IMG/VR virus record: IMGVR_UViG_3300024309_000089
Location: 1 to 38,575 of that record
Strand: one strand, 5' to 3'
Length of the DNA: 38,575 nucleotides
Source: a virus
Lineage: Duplodnaviria; Caudoviricetes
Numbering within the stretch: position 1 is the stretch's first letter; each line of letters opens with the position of its first letter. Of this stretch, positions 35,562-38,575 are shown piece by piece. Below the pieces are notes generated by a model. The model was not told the DNA's origin, ran no database searches, and was given only the letters and a program-made list of their open reading frames with translations. A program made the position numbers and the translations under genes.

Positions 35562-36079
35562 TGCAGCACTTCAAAGATTCGGCCACTGGCCAGTACTGGT
35601 CCCTGGATGATGATGTGGAAGTCATCGATACCGGGGCGGCCCTTGAATTCCGGAATGCGGTCGGCGAGTTGCTAACAAGCATTCCGTCGACGCTGATTCC
35701 CATTCCTGAAATTCCGGCGCCTGAGCCCCCCTCTCTGAACGATTTGCGATCTTCCAAGGAGACCGAGATCAGCCGCGCCTACTCAGCCGCCGCATCTGCA
35801 CTTGCTGAGGGCTATCCCGATGCAGAGCGCGAGACGTGGCCGGTACAGATCACGGAGTCTGCGCTTGTGCTGGGAGGGTCAGAGGACGCGACACCGTGGA
35901 TCGATGCGGCTGCGGCTGCCCGTGGGGTTAGTCGGGAAGATCTAGCCACGAAGATCCGGGATATGGATCTGCAATACCGGCAGACCAGCGGTGCGTTGAC
36001 TGGAAAGAGGCAGGCGCTGCGTGACCAGATTCAGTTGGCGGAAACGCCAGAGGCCATTGCTGCTGTGGTGTGGGACTGA
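35561..36079 (+). CDS. Tail fibre assembly-like protein
   Basis: YP..ERETW..Q..E, G.RQAL.D.I, terminal W motifs. Confidence 0.7.
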   Translation: MQHFKDSATGQYWSLDDDVEVIDTGAALEFRNAVGELLTSIPSTLIPIPEIPAPEPPSLNDLRSSKETEISRAYSAAASALAEGYPDAERETWPVQITESALVLGGSEDATPWIDAAAAARGVSREDLATKIRDMDLQYRQTSGALTGKRQALRDQIQLAETPEAIAAVVWD

Positions 36080-36116
36080 CGCGACAGCCCTGTAATTTAT
36101 CGTGCGATTAGAGCCA

Positions 36117-36137
36117 CCCGCTTAGGCGGGTTTTTTT
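36117..36137 (+). terminator. Intrinsic terminator
   Basis: ACCCGC-TTAG-GCGGGT followed by a T run. Confidence 0.75.
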
Positions 36138-36154
36138 ACGCCTATAAGAACGTT

Positions 36155-36493
36155 ATGGAACAGCCGCACTACGGGGATCTGCCCGCACGCGTAACCGCCG
36201 TCGAAAAGGATGTGGGCCAACTGCGCACCGGCCAGGCAAAGATCATCGCTTGGGGGGCTGGAGCCTTGACGATGTTCTCGGTCCTGTTCGGCATATTGGT
36301 CAGCATCGTTGCGTGGTCTGCCACACGGACGGTTGCGCAGCTTGACGATGTTGGAAGGGGAGTATCCAGCATCCAGACGGATGTGGCCGTGCTTAAGACC
36401 AAGCAGGATACGCAGGATCGATCATGGAAGCTGATCACCCAGCTGGCAAAAAAGGGGGCATCGGATGTGTCAAAAAATCTCAGCGATGAATAG
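36155..36493 (+). CDS. Single-TM coiled-coil protein of the lysis cassette (XhlA-like or holin accessory)
   Basis: Coiled coil-TM-coiled coil; position. Confidence 0.55.
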   Translation: MEQPHYGDLPARVTAVEKDVGQLRTGQAKIIAWGAGALTMFSVLFGILVSIVAWSATRTVAQLDDVGRGVSSIQTDVAVLKTKQDTQDRSWKLITQLAKKGASDVSKNLSDE

Positions 36494-36502
36494 GAGCGAC
36501 GT

Positions 36503-36766
36503 ATGAAACTCATCCCTCAGTGGCGCGAGTGGCACCGATTCTGGTCCGTGCGCCTTCAACTCCTTGGCGCTGCCATCCTCACCCTTGCATTGGAGACTCC
36601 GAATGCACTCCTTACTGTCTGGTCTATGGTCCCTGCTGACCTCCGTACTGAACTTCCGGAAGGCACCGGGAAGTGGATCGGGATCGCCGTCATCGCCCTC
36701 GGCATCGTTGCCCGCCTCATTCACCAGCCCAAGCTCGATAAGCGAGACGGGGCTGACGGTCCTTAA
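36503..36766 (+). CDS. Holin (two TM segments)
   Basis: MKLIPQWR..HRFWSVRL...ARLIHQPKL motif; AGGAG SD. Confidence 0.8.
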   Translation: MKLIPQWREWHRFWSVRLQLLGAAILTLALETPNALLTVWSMVPADLRTELPEGTGKWIGIAVIALGIVARLIHQPKLDKRDGADGP

Positions 36767-37202
36767 GCACTACGAGGGCTGCAAGCTGACGGCCTACCGG
36801 GATTCTGTGGGTGTCCTCACGATTGGGTGGGGGGATACCCAGAAAGTCACGGAAGGCATGACGATCACCCAGGAAGAAGCCGACGACCGGCTGGAGCGCC
36901 GTCTAGGCCGAGACTTCGAGCCTGGTGTAAAGGCTGCGATCCAGGCCCACATGAAGCAGGAGCAGTTCGACGCGATGGTATGCCTTGCGTACAACATCGG
37001 CGTCGGAGCTTTCGCTAAGTCCACCCTGGCCAAGCGGTTCAATGCTGGGGACGTGCAAGGGGCGGCTGACGAGTTCCTGCGCTGGGACAAGGCCGGGGGC
37101 AAGTCGCTCAAGGGCTTGCGCAAGCGCCGTGCTGCTGAGCGCGCCTTGTTCCTGGGTGCCAACGCTGCCTATGCCATTGCGGCAGGAGACAAGACGCCAT
37201 GA
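36603..37202 (+). CDS. GH24 lysozyme endolysin with an N-terminal extension overlapping the holin
   Basis: E-X8-D-X5-T triad (YEGCKLTAYRDSVGVLTIGWG), GLRKRRAAERALF; GGAG SD 7 nt before ATG 36603. Confidence 0.88.
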   Translation: MHSLLSGLWSLLTSVLNFRKAPGSGSGSPSSPSASLPASFTSPSSISETGLTVLKHYEGCKLTAYRDSVGVLTIGWGDTQKVTEGMTITQEEADDRLERRLGRDFEPGVKAAIQAHMKQEQFDAMVCLAYNIGVGAFAKSTLAKRFNAGDVQGAADEFLRWDKAGGKSLKGLRKRRAAERALFLGANAAYAIAAGDKTP

Positions 37203-37435
37203 TGATTCTAGCTGAGTTCTGGCCCTACATCGCAGGCGGGTTTGCTATTGTCCTGGCGTACTTCGGCGTGCGCCTGAAAGGGAAATCTGACGGTCGGCAG
37301 GAAGTGCGCGACCAGATCAACAAGCAGGCGGTAGAAGCCGCCAAGGAAGCCCGGGATGTTCAAGCAAAGATCAATCGGATGCCTGACGGTGGCGCTGTTG
37401 CTGAGCTTAAGCGCAAGTGGGTGCGCGACGAATGA
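37199..37435 (+). CDS. i-spanin (Rz-like)
   Basis: N-terminal TM plus helical domain, after the endolysin. Confidence 0.75.
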   Translation: MMILAEFWPYIAGGFAIVLAYFGVRLKGKSDGRQEVRDQINKQAVEAAKEARDVQAKINRMPDGGAVAELKRKWVRDE

Positions 37436-37580
37436 ACCTATGGGCGCGGAATTCTGCATGGTGTCCATGCCGATATTCATCAGCCAACATGACGTGCTGA
37501 CGGACGGGACGGCCAGGCAGATCCTGACGCACAACGAGCTGGGCGCGAAGCTCTGCGATTGGCCGGGGATGGATGATTAG
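37356..37580 (+). CDS. o-spanin lipoprotein (Rz1-like), overlapped type
   Basis: Signal peptide with lipobox-like ASGC; DVLT..TARQIL.HN motif. Confidence 0.78.
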   Translation: MFKQRSIGCLTVALLLSLSASGCATNEPMGAEFCMVSMPIFISQHDVLTDGTARQILTHNELGAKLCDWPGMDD

Positions 37581-38575
37581 GGGCGGTGCAGCGATTCAGG
37601 CTTAATTTGCGTGTATCGACGCAGCTGGTTCCAACTTCGGTGACCGGTGAAAATGGCAACCTCTTGGATACCATAGCCCATTTCGAACAAGCGGCTAGTC
37701 CCTTCGTGCCGAAGGTCGTGAAACCGCAAGTCCTTGATCTTCAGGTGGGCACATGCCCTCGGGAACGTGGATGAGATTGTGGCCGCGATGTAGGGGAAGA
37801 TCCTCCCCTTATGCGGCTTTGGCTGGCGCTGGATGATCTCCCAGGCAGCCGGTAGCAGGGGCACCACCTGATGGTTCCCGGCCTTGCGTTTAGGGTCTTT
37901 GCGGTCGCGGATGACGACGGTTTTTTTCTTGGTATCCACGTCTTCCCACGTGATGGAGAAGATTTCCCCGGCCCGCATGGCGGTGGCGATGGCGAAATCC
38001 ACGATATCCGCCATGGGAAGCTGATAGCGCCCGGAGGTGTTGAAGTGCGTCTTCAGCTTATTTAGCTCATCCTCGGTAGGGCGTCTGGTCCTTTCCCGAG
38101 GGGTGGTGACGACCCCCAGCATCTTGAACGCCTCTCTGGCATCCCGGATTGGGTCGCCCAGGAACGAGAGCCCCCACAGACTGCGTGCTACGCGTAGCAC
38201 TGTGTTCAGGTAGGACAGTTCCATGGACCACGTAGGAGGGGCTACCCCCCGCTTCTTGGTGTATTCGATTATTCTTGCGCCAGTCAGCCCAGCTAGGGTT
38301 ACATCGGCAAGCTCGGCCCGTAGCACCTTGAAAGACTCCTTCTTGGCAGTCCCCATCCGGTGGGCCTCCTTTTCGTAACGGTCCAGCAGGTCGCCCACGG
38401 TCGTGACGCCCAGCGGTTTGGTATCCTTGAAGTCTCCCCGCTCTATCTCTGCCTCTAGGGCGGTAGCCCATCGGCTGGCCAGGGCCTTCGTGGTGAAGGT
38501 CTTGGTTTGGGTCGGGTGGCCCTTCTTGCGGACCTGGGCGCGCCACTTGCCGTTGATCTGAATTATCGAAGCCAT
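37577..38575 (-). CDS. int: Tyrosine recombinase / integrase
   Basis: TAMRAGEI, FHDLRHEG, TGH, RRYT catalytic residues; N-terminal arm-binding motif. Confidence 0.95.
   Translation of the reverse strand: MASIIQINGKWRAQVRKKGHPTQTKTFTTKALASRWATALEAEIERGDFKDTKPLGVTTVGDLLDRYEKEAHRMGTAKKESFKVLRAELADVTLAGLTGARIIEYTKKRGVAPPTWSMELSYLNTVLRVARSLWGLSFLGDPIRDAREAFKMLGVVTTPRERTRRPTEDELNKLKTHFNTSGRYQLPMADIVDFAIATAMRAGEIFSITWEDVDTKKKTVVIRDRKDPKRKAGNHQVVPLLPAAWEIIQRQPKPHKGRIFPYIAATISSTFPRACAHLKIKDLRFHDLRHEGTSRLFEMGYGIQEVAIFTGHRSWNQLRRYTQIKPESLHRP

Larger units (their letters stand above)
1..38575. mobile_element. Temperate lambdoid siphophage/prophage with HK97-like head; left end truncated
   Basis: Full set of immunity, replication, packaging, head, tail, lysis and integrase modules. 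Confidence 0.96.

Overview
Near-complete lambdoid temperate siphophage (or prophage) with an HK97-type head. The high GC and gene style suggest a Burkholderiales host such as Achromobacter (inference). Order: leftward early operon, truncated at base 1 (accessory genes, two DUF1566/CLec genes, recombination genes, HNH, ssb); PL/OL; accessory island with an orphan PemK/MazF gene; cI-OR-cro-cII; O-type initiator with iterons and DnaC-like loader; Q and late promoter; HNH/cos/terminase/portal/protease/capsid; a glycosyltransferase-methyltransferase insert; neck, tail and fibre genes; lysis cassette; a convergent tyrosine integrase. Three things stand out. (1) A probable -1 frameshift fuses a small capsid-adjacent domain to a two-domain glycosyltransferase, followed by a methyltransferase, suggesting virion-targeted glycosylation. 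(2) Two early DUF1566 genes share a 116-nt 3' repeat whose differences look like DGR adenine mutagenesis, yet no RT or template repeat is in the window. (3) A solitary MazF-like gene lies behind a promoter, a three-hairpin RNA and a terminator, resembling a type III-like toxin/RNA-antitoxin module. Family assignments come from motif recognition by eye; no searches were run.
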